The translations under genes were made by a program, and so were the position numbers. DNA of 64,000 bases from Lingula anatina (lineage: Eukaryota > Animalia > Brachiopoda), in the NCBI GenBank assembly GCA_051362555.1, contig CM120642.1, forward strand, positions 3,100,001 through 3,164,000, given 5' to 3'. This document shows, one piece after another, positions 1-12,744 of the stretch (positions are counted from its first letter, which is position 1; every line of letters starts with the position of its first letter). A model generated the notes under the pieces. The model was not told the origin of the DNA, did no database searches, and saw only the letters and a list, made by a program, of their open reading frames with translations.

Positions 1-1110
1 GTGTCCATTGCAGAAAGAGTAGCTAATGAGAGGTCAGAAAACCTTGGTGTGAGTTGTGGCTACAGCGTTAGATTTGAATCTGTGCTGCCACGACCATATG
101 GTGCCATCTTATACTGTACTGTTGGTAAGATATTTAACTTTACTTGCTTAAAACACATGTATTCATAATTTTCTTAAAGTTAACTTAGAAAGACAGCTGC
201 TGTTTTGATGAAATATGGTCTACTATTTAAAGTGTATTATGATCATGACATGTATTGTGTGATGATTACTTATAAATTAAATTTGTAAAAATCTGAAAAT
301 TGCTATTAGAGTGGATGTTTAGTATTAAAGAAATATAAAGGCGTTGAAGAGAGCATATTATTATGGAATTTTTAATGCAGTCACTTTATTTCAAGGCACA
401 TTGCTGAGGAAACTGGAGAATGGTTTGCGAGGCGTTTCCCATGTTATTGTGGATGAAGTACATGAAAGGGATCTCAATGTAAGGAATGCTACGTATCAAA
501 ATCTCTTCACATATTTTTATTGAATTAACTTCTATCAGGATCAATGTGAAAGAGAGAACTCAATTTTAAAACTAAATCTATTTTTTACTTTACATCTCAC
601 CTTCATTTTAAAAATTGAGTGTATTAAGCAAATAGTAATGTTATATTTTACTAAATCCAAAAAAATAAAATAAAATGTGTGTATTATTATGTCATTGTGT
701 AGTTATTAGTATTTCCCATTTTACTTGGTTTTATGTTTTTTTTTAATGGTAGAAATTAATTTTGCATTATCATATTTAAAACAATAATTAAGTGTAAAAT
801 GTCTGTTTGCAGACTGATTTCTTGATGGTGATGTTACGAGACATGGTCCATGTTTACAAAGATCTCCGCATCGTCATTATGTCTGCCACTGTGGACACAA
901 CCTTATTCACTGACTACTTTGGCTCAGTGGAAGTTGTAGAAGTTCATGGCAGACTGTTCCCTGTTCAAGGTATTGAGGCTGTAGTCTTGGGGTTACTTGA
1001 AAACATTATCAGATACTGTGTTAAGTTTGTGGATTTTGTAGCAGTAAACATTTTCTATTATTATTACTTCTTGTTTCCTATTTTACTGATGTTGATGCAT
1101 GCACCCCCCA

Positions 1111-1176
<66 letters not shown>

Positions 1177-1889
1177 CAGATTAGTCTAAAAATTACTGTC
1201 TACATGTAAAATAAAGTTGAATAAATATCGAACCATCACAATTTCCTGATGCATATATAAACATTATTATTGAAAATACATTATGAGGAAGATACAGGTT
1301 ATGGAACATATTTATGATGAACTATTATGATGATTACAGACTATTACTTGGAAGATTGTGTCCAGATGTTGAACTTTATTCCTCCACCTTCCAACAAGAA
1401 GAAGCGGGACAAAGATGACATTGCGGATGAAGAAGGGGAGAAAGAGGTAGTCATTGGTTATAGTTTTATCCATTTATTTTCCGTAAAAATGTCAAACCTA
1501 TTAATTCATCATTTGTTTTAATTGTTACGTTTTAGTCTATGTTGTTATGTTATCTTAAGTTATGTTTTATGCTATGCTATATGTAAGCATATATTGCTAT
1601 ACTATATCCTTCTACTACTTAGGAAAATTGCAATATGATGATTTCATCAGATTATAATGACACAACTAGAAGAGCCATGGCCATGCTGAGTGAGAAAGAG
1701 ATGTCATTTGAACTTATTGAGGTGAGTATGATTCTAGTTACAAAGATAATTTTAGTTGAAAGAAAATTTTGTAAAGCAAATGAAAAAAAATTAAGCCAGT
1801 AACGATAATTGATCATTTTCCTACTGTAAACAGCAGTGTGTGTGAATGTCTGTCACAGTGTGTGTGTGTGTGTGTGTGAATGTCTGTCA

Positions 1890-1924
<35 letters not shown>

Positions 1925-1931
1925 TCTGTCA

Positions 1932-1982
<51 letters not shown>

Positions 1983-1989
1983 TCTGTCA

Positions 1990-2024
<35 letters not shown>

Positions 2025-2031
2025 TCTGTCA

Positions 2032-2088
<57 letters not shown>

Positions 2089-5000
2089 TCTGTCACAGTG
2101 TGTGTGTGTGTTGGAGCTAAATAGTCTAAAGCAGCCAAGTATTCAACCTTAAGGTTGAAACTCATTTGTTTCTTATTCTAATTTTTATACTGCCATTAAA
2201 TCTTTGCCAATTATAAAAGTTCGCATTACCATGGGAACAGTAGATGCTGATAGAATGCCAAATTTATATGCATTGCAGGTATTGTGTATTATATTATTAT
2301 AATATCGACAATTATGATATATTCCAGGCACTTTGCAAGTATATCAAGAACCTTGGTATCCCTGGTGCCATCTTGATATTTCTCCCAGGGTGGAACCTGA
2401 TATTTGCCTTACACAGACACCTGTCAGAGCACCCAGAGTTTGGTAAGAGAACAAACAGCAAACATATTTGATTGAAAAAAATTATTGACCTTATCGTGGA
2501 GTAGTATAGTATGAGTATTTTTATTGTTAATACTTAGATATTGAAGATGATGAGGCAGCCATTTAATGAAGATGTTTGTTTAAACTACTTTGATAACACT
2601 GAAGTGTATTTTACACAGAATATTTATATGACACTGCAGGGGCGGATCCAGAGATATTTTCTGAGAGTCTTCCAAATTATCTTTGTTGATCCATCCTCCA
2701 TTTTTGACCGTCTTCCAACAGAAAAAAAAATAGATACCTGTCAATGTAAACTTGAAAATCTGACCGTCTTCCGGAAGACCCAGAAGACGGCCTAAATCCG
2801 CCCCTGCACTGTATGTTTGAATTATTTCAGTAAAATGCAGAAATGTCCCTTCTGTTTAGTTTTTTCTATACATTTTAACTTTTCAAAGTAAAAACTATTA
2901 TATTTACATCAGTTGGTTTACACATAAAAGTTTGTCTTTCAGGTGGCCCTGCATATCGTCTGCTTCCACTTCATTCCCAAATCCCAAGGGAAGACCAACA
3001 CAAGGTTTTTGAGCCAGTACCTGAAGGTGTTACAAAGGTAGGGGTAGTTGAATACAAATAGATGTGTTTTATTTTGTTTATCTGCTTGTGCTTATGTAGA
3101 ATTGTGAATTGCATAATAGGAGTCTTTAAATTTAAGTAATTTGACATATTATGATATTTATTATATAACTCACCATTATAGAACAATTACGTTTTCAATA
3201 TATGTCCATCAGCATTGTTTGGTCTGGATTAATGTAGCTAATATTTTCACTTATTTCAGATCATTCTGTCCCTTAACATTGCTATATAAATGTTAAGTTT
3301 GGATTAGTGTATCAAAATATTCTCACTTGTTTCAGATCTGTCACCATGCATCATAAATTATAAGCTGTAAGAATTGTGAATTTTGATATGAAATAAGTCT
3401 TTGAAGTATATTTTATATACCTCAGCATTATAAAAAATTTCAATATATATCCATTGGCCATGTGAAGTTTGGATTAGTGTAGCAAAATATTCTCACTTAT
3501 TTCAGATCATTCTGTCCACCAACATTGCTGAGACCAGTATCACTATCAATGATGTTGTTTATGTCATTGACTCTTGCAAGTAAGCTAGTGACAGTAGAAT
3601 AAAGTATGAAAAAAGTAATGAATTATAATTTAAAAATTAAGCATGATTTATTTTCAAATGATGAAATGTTGAAAAGGCAAAGAGAGGTGTAATATTCAAA
3701 TAAATTTGATTATGGCTTTAGCATTTGTAATATAAATTTGGATCACTGGCAGAAAAATACAACAAATTTCACATTGATTTAGTATAAAATATTTCATTCT
3801 AGAGACAAAATGTAGTTCTGATTTGTCTCCAGTGACCTGCAATGATCACTTTTTTTCAATTCAAAATGTCCTTAACTTTGTCAAAAATGTGCCAGCTAAC
3901 ATCTCATACTAATGATCTGTTATTTCCAGAGCCAAAATGAAGCTGTTTACATCCCATAATAACATGACCAACTATGCCACTGTGTGGGCCTCCAAGACAA
4001 ACCTAGAACAAAGGAGGGGGAGGGCAGGACGTGTAAGACCAGGGTTCTGCTTCCACTTGTGTAGTAGAGCCAGATATGAAAGGTATGGGATAGACAAAGA
4101 GATTAGTTGTACAACTATCAAAGTAATTAAGACATTCTGTGAATGATTGACAGTTTAACAGTTTTTCTCATTTGATACTTGAAATTGCTTTTTGGGATAT
4201 TTTCATAGATGAGATCATATTGTATGGCATTAAGTAATATATCATTGATTAATTAATATATGAATTATAAAAAATAAAAGCTGTTCATTTAAATTAATTT
4301 TATTTGTTTTAATTGTGTTTCGCAAAAGTAGTATAAAAGCATCTAAAGCTTTTTGAAAATTTGATGACCATTTTGCCAAATTTAGATTAGAACAGCACAC
4401 AACCCCTGAGATTTTCCGTACACCACTTCATGAATTGGCACTGAGCATCAAGTTACTGAGGCTTGGAGAGATTGGTCCTTTCTTGGCCAAAGCTGTGGAA
4501 CCACCACCTATTGATGCAGTCATTGAAGCTGAAGCCTTACTAAAAGGTTTGCTATGCTTGGGTCTACCTTTAGTAAACTGTCATGCTCGGTTTTTTTTTT
4601 TTTTTTTTTTTTTTTCACTTATTTATAATAACACAGGATTCCTATTCATATATTGTCTCAACATAAACAGTGTCATGTCAAATACTGAAACTAACTACTA
4701 AAAATACTGAAACTAACAACTAAAAAAGAAACATAATTTTTGTTGTTTCTTATAGGTTATCAAAAATGTTTTTGAAAACTCTGTATTTAATGTCTGAATT
4801 TTAGAGATGGGTGCCTTGGACAGGAACAATGAGTTGACCCCTCTTGGGAGAATCCTGGCCAAGTTGCCAATAGAGCCCAGACTGGGAAAGATGATCATTT
4901 ATGGCTGTATCTTCTAGTAGGTCCACTTGTGTGTATGTGTGTGTGTGTGTGTGCATGCGTGCGTGTGTGTGTGTGCTTTTGTACAATTAAACGTGCCTGT

Positions 5001-8000
5001 GCACATGCATTTTATATATTGTTTTAATCTTTGATGGCTTTAAATTAATGATACTGATACATCTTGATGCATAATGCCATATTGCAGCTTTATCATTGAT
5101 GTTAGCATTAATAACAGTATTGTCAATAATGTGGTTGTTTTCCTCACAGTACTGACAATAATGTGGTTGTTTTCCTCACAGTATTGACAATAATGTGGTT
5201 GTTTTCCTCACAGTGTTGACAATAATGTGGTTGTTTTCCTCACAGTACTGACTATAATGTGGTTGTTTTCCTCACAGTGTTGACAATAATGTGGTTGTTT
5301 TCTTCACAGTACTGACAATAATGTGGTTGTTTTCCTCACAGTGTTGACAATAATGTGGTTGTTTTCCTCACAGTACTGACAATAATGTGGTTGTTTTCTT
5401 CACATTACTGACAATAATGTGGTTGTTTATCCTCACAGTGTTGACAATAATGTGGTTGTTTTCCTCACAGTACTGACAATAATGTGGTTGTTTTCCTCAC
5501 AGTACTGACAATAATGTGGTTGTTTTCCTCACAGTGTTGACAATAATGTGGTTGTTTTCCTCACAGTGTTGACAATAATGTGGTTGTTTTCCTCACAGTG
5601 TTGACAATAATGTGGTTGTTTTCCTCACAGTACTGACAATAATGTGGTTGTTTTCCTCACAGTGTTGACAATAATGTGGTTGTTTTCCTCACAGTACTGA
5701 CAATAATGTGGTTGTTTTCCTCACAGTGTTGACAATAATGTGGTTGTTTTCCTCACAGTACTGACAATAATGTGGTTGTTTTCCTCACAGTACTGACAAT
5801 AATGTGGTTTTCCTCAGTGTTGGTGATGCTGTGTGTACAATTGCTGCAAGCACAACATTCCCAGAACCATTTGTGACTCCAACTGATCGTAGACGACTTG
5901 GATGGATGCATAAAAACCTGGCAGGCACACGGTGCAGTGACCATGTGGCTCTCCTTAATGCATTTCAAGCTTGGGAAGAGGCCAGGTAGGCACAGGTCTC
6001 ACAGAATAAATATTATATCTGTTATTATATTTTTAAAACATTGTATACATTTTGTCATTTAGATTGAGAACTAAAAGCAGAAATTAAGTCATTCATCTTT
6101 TATTACATTTTTATATCTTTCTTAGCATTTTATCATTTACACATTTTCTCAATTTTTGTAAATTGAATTTTCAAAAACAATAAAGCATAGTTATTTGTAT
6201 TAGTTTATATATATGTAGTTGATTTCTAGTTAGATAGCCTAGTATGGGGACCATGATAATTTTTTTTATCAGGCGAGGTGGTGGCCAAGCTTTTAACTTT
6301 TAAACAGAAATATTCATAATACTTCACCAAGCCTCAATTATAAAATATAGGTTCACCCTTGGTTTCAGGTCTGGTGGTGAAAACAGTGAGTGGAACTTTT
6401 GTGAGCAGAAGAGTTTGTCCATGCCCACTCTAAGAATGACATGTGAGGCCAAGGTAATGTCACACAGCAGTCAGTTAATTAGCAGTATTCAAAGAGTAGT
6501 TTTTTGCATCTACTAAAAGATTTACCGAAAATCATTTCTAAGATCCTTTAATAACTGCTAGCAGGATCTAGCTAGCAGGATACTAAAAAAGTAAGGATCT
6601 TAACTACGAATATTTTCATTTTATAAATGTGCAGTATTTTTAAACATATGCTTATAATATAAGTTCAGGGCTTTGAATTTTATGACAGCTTAATTATCCT
6701 ATTGACTGAAAGGATGATGTTAAATTTACTGTCCCACCACACCAAATAGCAATATTTTAAACCACATATGTTACACTAGGGTAGGTTGAGTATTTCATAT
6801 GTTCTCTATATTTTTTTCTGTAATTTCCAGAACCAACTTCGTGATATCCTGGTGAATGCTGGGTTTCCAGAGGAAAGCCTCTACCCACAGATGTTCAACT
6901 CTTCAGGTCCAGACAGTAAATTAGATGTGGTAGGTGGCTATTAGAATTCTTATCATCATTATTTTTCCAACTCTTAATAGTGTCTTTGTCTGAAAAAGCT
7001 ATTGGCAGAATGTGTAAGGCTTCAGAAACAGAAGTAGTTTGCAGAGGCTATCTTTTCTAAGAATTTAATTCTTGTTGTACTTATTATGCATCTGTTGCAA
7101 TGTAATATTTTATCTTTCTCATCTGCCATACTTTTTATGGTGTCATGGATTTCATACTGACCCCAATTCAAACCTATATGTAACCTATACATTATTATAG
7201 ATGAACAGGTACAGATTATGTTAGATATCACTCAGTGGCCAGGATGACAACACAGTTCAAAATTTCTTTCTTTGAGAACACTGCTATCAATTAACCTGTG
7301 TTTTCATGCCACATAGTATAAGATTATCCACATTATCAGGTGATATCCTTGCTGTGCCTGGGTCTTTACCCCAATGTATGTTACCACAAAGAGAAGAGAA
7401 AGGTTCTGACTACAGAGAGTAGAGCTGCTCTGATTCACAAGTCTTCAGTCAACTGCAGCAATAGAGAACAGACATTTCCAACACCTTTCTTTGTGTTTGG
7501 AGAAAAGGTACAGGGTATATTTCAAAATCAAAGACTCCATTGTATCTGCTACACAAATGCTGTGACATTTCCTTGTTTTGGTATAGGAATTAGTTATAGG
7601 TAACTGCTAGTAAATATTACAGTTACATTTTTTATAACACTTTATTTATAAAAACTATTTTAAATTTTTTTATTAATTTTTTGTTAATTACAAAGTAATC
7701 AATCCTCAAACATATACCAAGTCAGTTTATTCCACCAAATTTAACAAATTAAATGAATTATGATGCTGACAATTTATATCTTCCTTGAAATATTCTTTTA
7801 TTTTAGATATGAATAATTTTTTATGAGAATAAAATTCTTGTCTTTGTTCTTATAGATCCGTACGCGAGCAGTGTCATGTAAACAGATGACCATGGTGTCT
7901 CCAATACAGCTTCTCATATTTGCTGCACGCTCTGTGAAGGCCGAAAATGGGATGATTATCCTGGATGGCTGGTATGTTTTATATGTAGAAATAGGATACA

Positions 8001-9437
8001 AAGTTATTAATATATTGTGTTATCCTGGATGGCTGGTATGTTTTTTAAAAATGTAGTCCTTTATATACAAAGTCCTAAATATAGTGTGTTCAGTTGTTAG
8101 AAATTGGTATTGGGACTATGTAATGTAAGCTCATAAATGGAACCATACCCATTTGAGATTGTGATTTATTTTATTATTAGCCAATACTTTACATAAACTA
8201 CTATCAAAAGTTTGAAAGTAGTACTCATTTTCTACATCAAAAAGTCAAAGGTGGCAACTTGGAAATGGAAAAAAAGGATGAGATTTTAGAAATTAAGAAA
8301 ATAACAGCACATGTACACATGTACATATAAGTGAAGTAAACCGCATTCAATCACTTTATTCAGACATTCACAATTTCCAGTCAAATTCCTTCCCTTCTTG
8401 TCATATGTCCACACACAGGTTAAATCTGAAGATGCCATTCAGCCAGGCAGCCAAGATAGTGGCCCTCCGTCCTGCCCTGGAGGCCCTGAATATCAGAGCT
8501 ACCACAGATCCTGAGGGCACTGCACAACCCATGCCACTGGATGAGCAACTGATGCAGGTGTTCAGGGCGCTGTCCAGGCCAAATGCTGGCAGCTTTGGAG
8601 TGGAGAATAATTACTCTGGGAAAGAGACGGCAGCAGGGTGAGTGTTTTTCATTAGGGTTATAACATCTAGTAGATAATACATACATAATTCCATTTATGG
8701 AGCAGACAATAGTTATTTTGGAAAGAGATGGCAGCAGGGTGAGTGTTTCTGATAACTGTTATAATATCTAGTAATGTGTGGACTGATATACAAAGTACAT
8801 AGTTCCATTTTAGATACATTGGGGATTTTTGATAAATACTATTTATGAAGAAATATATCAATGCTGGTGTGTTGATATTTCTAGCTTGACTGTAATGCCA
8901 TCCCTCCTAACACACCGTCATACTGGTATATTGTATATGTGCTATCATTTTATATGTGTTTGGACCTCTGTCATTACTAGCCATGAATTTTTTTTTCATT
9001 TAGAAATTATTATTACTCCATTTTCATTTTATTTAAAAAGAAAACAAGTGGGAAAACAACAGAGAAGCAATTCAGCCTGACAAAACTTAAGAGTGCTTTC
9101 TGTTTCATATTTTTAGTAATGTATAAAAACTTAAAATGTATATGTTCAATGATTTTTTATTTTAGTTGGTTTAAATTCTGACCTCTTTTTTTTTCACAGT
9201 AGCCCAGGATTTGGCCCTCCACCTCCAAAAAGGTTCCACTTGGGTCCCGGAGGGGGACCTAGATTTGGAGGGGGGCCAAGATTTGGAGGTGGATTTGGTG
9301 GCCGAGGGGGAGGATTTGGAAGAGGTGGATTCCGAGGAGGAAGAGGCGGCTTTGGTGGAGGAAGAGGTGGATTTGGAGTTGGATTTCGTGGAGGAAGGGG
9401 TGGATTTAGGGGTGGATTCAACAGAGGAGAATTTTAA
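1..9437 (+). CDS. DHX9: DHX9/RNA helicase A paralog, copy A (5' part off-window), 18 exons
   Basis: GT-AG exons 1-124, 396-478, 813-969, 1340-1446, 1623-1721, 2328-2442, 2943-3037, 3506-3579, 3930-4082, 4386-4546, 4805-4916, 5818-5985, 6369-6453, 6831-6929, 7340-7507, 7856-7971, 8419-8637, 9200-9437 splice in frame. Motifs: [15 protein letters not shown] (II), MSAT (III), FLPGW (IV), [18 protein letters not shown] (V), [12 protein letters not shown] (VI), HA2 ([19 protein letters not shown]), OB-fold (IHKSSVN), PPPKR NLS-like motif and RGG tail. [25 protein letters not shown] is DHX9-specific. Confidence 0.96.
1114..1175. repeat. (CA)n microsatellite
   Basis: Pure AC run, with a shorter paralog at ~31909-31951. 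Confidence 0.95.
1836..2110. repeat. Compound (TG)n-aatgtctgtcacag minisatellite
   Basis: Six aatgtctgtcacag spacers separated by TG runs, versus one spacer in copy B (~32620-32710). Confidence 0.9.
2637..2806. mobile_element. 170-bp MITE
   Basis: TIR CAGGGGCGGAT...ATCCGCCCCTG, flanked by direct repeat CACTG (2632-2636, 2807-2811). Not present in the copy B intron. Confidence 0.7.
5120..5822 (+). repeat. 32-bp splice-acceptor minisatellite (~22 units)
   Basis: Unit (tgt/tac)tgacaataatgtggttgttttcctcacag. The last (shortened) unit supplies the real acceptor at 5816-5817. Confidence 0.95.
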
Positions 9438-10043
9438 TATTTTGAACATGGGTGTGAAAATATGTGAACTCTTTAATGTGAGAGAAACTGCCTGTTAATG
9501 GATATTTCAGTGGATATTTCAAATGTGTATTATGAAAAAGTTTTTCATAGTTTTAAACAATTCATAGGCAAATTTGTTCTTACACCTCATTTGATCAGAA
9601 TAAAAAAAAAAATACAATAAAATAAGTCTGAGAAAGACTCAGTGACACCTAATTTCTCTCCAGAACTGTATAGGACCACCCTGTATATATCTGTACAATG
9701 CTGTACTCCTCATTTTTCATAAGCGTCAACTCTTTGGCCTGTCATGAGTTTTCATATGTTTAGATGTCTGCAGTATGTAACACTGGGAGCAAGTGTACAG
9801 TGTACATGTGCACATGTACAGAAAGCATTTTTATAAGTGTTACACCATACAGTCATGTTACCCAAAGGGTGTCCATCCTCCCTGAAAAATGTAATATTCT
9901 GTGTTGTAAAATGATTGTAATTTGCAGAATATGGCGATAACATTAACTTGATGTTTGCAATGTGGAACAATTTTACAGATACTTTTTTAAGTTATAGCTA
10001 GATAATTGAAATTATATTATTCCTATGGAGTGGTACATGTAGC

Positions 10044-10049
10044 AATAAA
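10044..10049 (+). terminator. Putative poly(A) signal of DHX9 copy A
   Basis: AATAAA followed by GT-rich ttgtgtttct, ~600 nt after the stop. Conserved at 45232-45237 in copy B. Confidence 0.45.
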
Positions 10050-10622
10050 AGTGAAAAACAGGCCACCTTGTGTTTCTATTCCATATATATATAGTGAAAC
10101 AACTGCAAATGTTACACAAGAAGAATTATATCCAAAATTATGTATGTAGAAGATAAGTTTTAAGGTAAGTTTCCCCCAATGAAAAGATCAAGTCATAAAT
10201 TACCAATTATTGAAAATTGTATAATAAAGGATAATTGCTGATAGAAAATGCAACTTTGGGGAAAAAAACGTTATTTGTATGAGAAATAGCCTATATGAGA
10301 ATTTAATTCTAATTTCACCATTTTGATTATCAGATTTTCACGAATGTGGAGTATGTGAAATTTGGCTTCTTTAAAAATCATAATAACATATTCCCACAAA
10401 GCACAACAGCTTACCAAATTTGACTCAGTGGTGATGACGGCAGCTATAATACTTTTCTACAAATCTTCTCTGAGGCACGAAATACACACACTGAGCGAAA
10501 AATATAAATGCCCCATGTAATACTTTACAAATTTTATCTGCATTGTTATGTTTATATTAAATCATACAAAGTGAACTTTGTTGTTCAATGTGCTATAGAT
10601 AAAATTAAAATCATAACACAAC

Positions 10623-10975
10623 ATCAATTAATTTGGAGTTGCCCATTACACATTACATAAATAATTCACATGGAATGTTTGTATTTTTGCTTAGTTTATA
10701 ATAATAATAAATCAATTCATTTGGAGTCGCCCATTACACATTACATAAATAATTCCCATGGAATGTTTGTATTTTTGCTCAGTTTATAATAATAATAAAT
10801 CAATTCATTTGGAGTTGCCCATTACACATTACATAAATAATTCCCATGGAATGTTTGTATTTTTGCTCAGTTTATAATAATAATAAATCAATTAATTTGG
10901 AGTCACCCATTACACATTACATAAATAATTCCCATGGAATGTTTGTATTTTTCCTCAGTTTATATACAAATAAAT
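10623..10975. repeat. 88-bp tandem repeat x4
   Basis: Unit atcaattcatttggagttgcccattacacattacataaataattcccatggaatgtttgtatttttgctcag..., versus a single partial unit at ~47430-47500. Confidence 0.9.
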
Positions 10976-11534
10976 TACATGCATGTATTCAATTCAATGA
11001 CGTTGATTAACACAATTGTACAATTATTTAATTCAATTATGCTGAAAGGTCATTTTGAATATTAAAAAATTAATAACACTAAAATTTAAAATTAAATAAG
11101 ATAAAAAAATTCTGAATTTGACAGCAAACCCATGTTACTTTTCTCAGAACTTCTGCGAAAAGAAGGTTCTTTAAGACTAGAATTTATGTGATTCTCAAAA
11201 TGAAAGACTTTATGATGTCCTTAATATTTCTTGTCAACTTTATTTGTTGATATAGGGGTGAAATCTTTGAAAACTAAGAATATAGATTTTACTTATTTTC
11301 ATGCTATTGCAACTGTTGCCGTGTAATGACTTTGGCAATATTTACCCCAAATGTGCCAAACTGTATTTTTGTTTAACCGGACTTGAATAGCAATTTGTTT
11401 TGTTAAAAGGCATTTGTAAATCTCCATTAATGCAAGATATTTTTACAAAAGTTTGTTTACTGGAATGTGCATTTTTATGTTATTTTTAAAATGGAGCAAT
11501 AAGAATAATGTTTTAACACTTTTTTATGCTTAGT

Positions 11535-11905
11535 TCTAAAATTATAAAATGTGACAATTTGCCTAGAAGTTGAACAACAAGTGACATCTTTGTAAGAGAC
11601 ATTGCAAATCCAGAATGTTTCTAAGGTGAGATCTCTCTCTCTCTCTCTCTCTCAGCCTGATAGTGAACCAGAAACTAGAGTGTTTTCTTCTTACCAGACA
11701 AATAAGCAGATGTCTTTCACAAGCATTTACTTGTTTTCCAAGAGTTTTAAGATTGTCTAGAAGACCACGAGTTTGCTTTGTGAACTGTAGTTAAAAACAA
11801 TCATAAAATATAGAGAGTCTATGAGTAAAGCATTCATTTTTACAGGCCACAGTGGAGCAAATAGGATCTGATTTACTAAGTGGTATGGAGCAGCAGAGGA
11901 AAATG
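11535..11905 (+). pseudogene. Decayed DHX9 linker/MTAD exons upstream of copy B
   Basis: Reads NVTICLEVEQQVTSL*ETLQIQNVSK|gtgag (in-frame TAA). The exon at 11656 has lost ~110 nt, including WSPPQ..NWNPW, relative to 48269-48402. Exon 11846-11905 reads ATVEQIGSDLLSGMEQQRKM. Confidence 0.7.
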
Positions 11906-12744
11906 GTATCCAAGTTTGTCTGTCTGTTTGTGTTTTCCTTTACCCATGTGTGATAGAACTGGCATTCATGTGTAACATTTGCATGCATTAATGACAGATA
12001 CATGATGAAGTCATTTGTTCTCCATGTAAAAGCCACCATAACTGGACTTGTGATTCCCCTTTATAGCAATCCAAGCCAGCTAGGATTTTGAAGGCATTCT
12101 AAGTGCATGAATCACTACTTGTTGAACTTATCTGTATACAATTTAATCTTTTAGAAGATGATTTGACAGAAAGATGTTGCAAATAATACTCATAGTCATC
12201 GTTCTTTAGACTTGGTAGTCAGCCACCTTGTGACAGTTTGAAAATAGCATGAGAGTCTCGCCATATCCAGAAATTGACTTATCCAATGAATGGTGTATTT
12301 GGATAACCTGTGTTTTAGCATAGCCTAGCTTTGAGCTTTTTCTTTTTCCCAATATGTAACAGAGTTATTAGGCGAGCGACAGAAGGCCAAAATTTTCAGA
12401 TTTAGTGTCCCCTTTATACACAGACGTGTATTATGTATCATTTGAAAGCTCACAGTCTGCTGGTCAAAGTTAGCCATGGTGTGGAAATGTTATGGGTAGT
12501 GTCCAAAATATAAGAATAAATGTTATTTACCCACTAAAACTAGTTACATATTAACTTTTGGTGGGAAAATCTTGGCTTGGAAGACTTCAGTTATAAATCA
12601 TATAACTTTTACATAATGATACAACATAAATGTACTGAAATTCAGTGAACAACAACCCACTTTATTGTCAATGCTCATTACTACTCAGAATAAATGCTTA
12701 TTGTGATTTTATAAATTTAAATGATCTACTCTTCTTTTGTCTAG

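Noticed and set aside
1846-2165. VCVC/HTHT ORFs
   Set aside because: Translations of TG microsatellite.
5120-5822. CRISPR-like appearance of 32-bp repeats (also 27195-27858)
   Set aside because: Units are contiguous with no unique spacers, there are no cas genes, and the context is a eukaryotic intron.
9171-9498. Pro-rich, Ser-rich and acidic ORFs overlapping the last exon (also 44358-44711)
   Set aside because: Alternative frames and strand of the low-complexity RGG exon.
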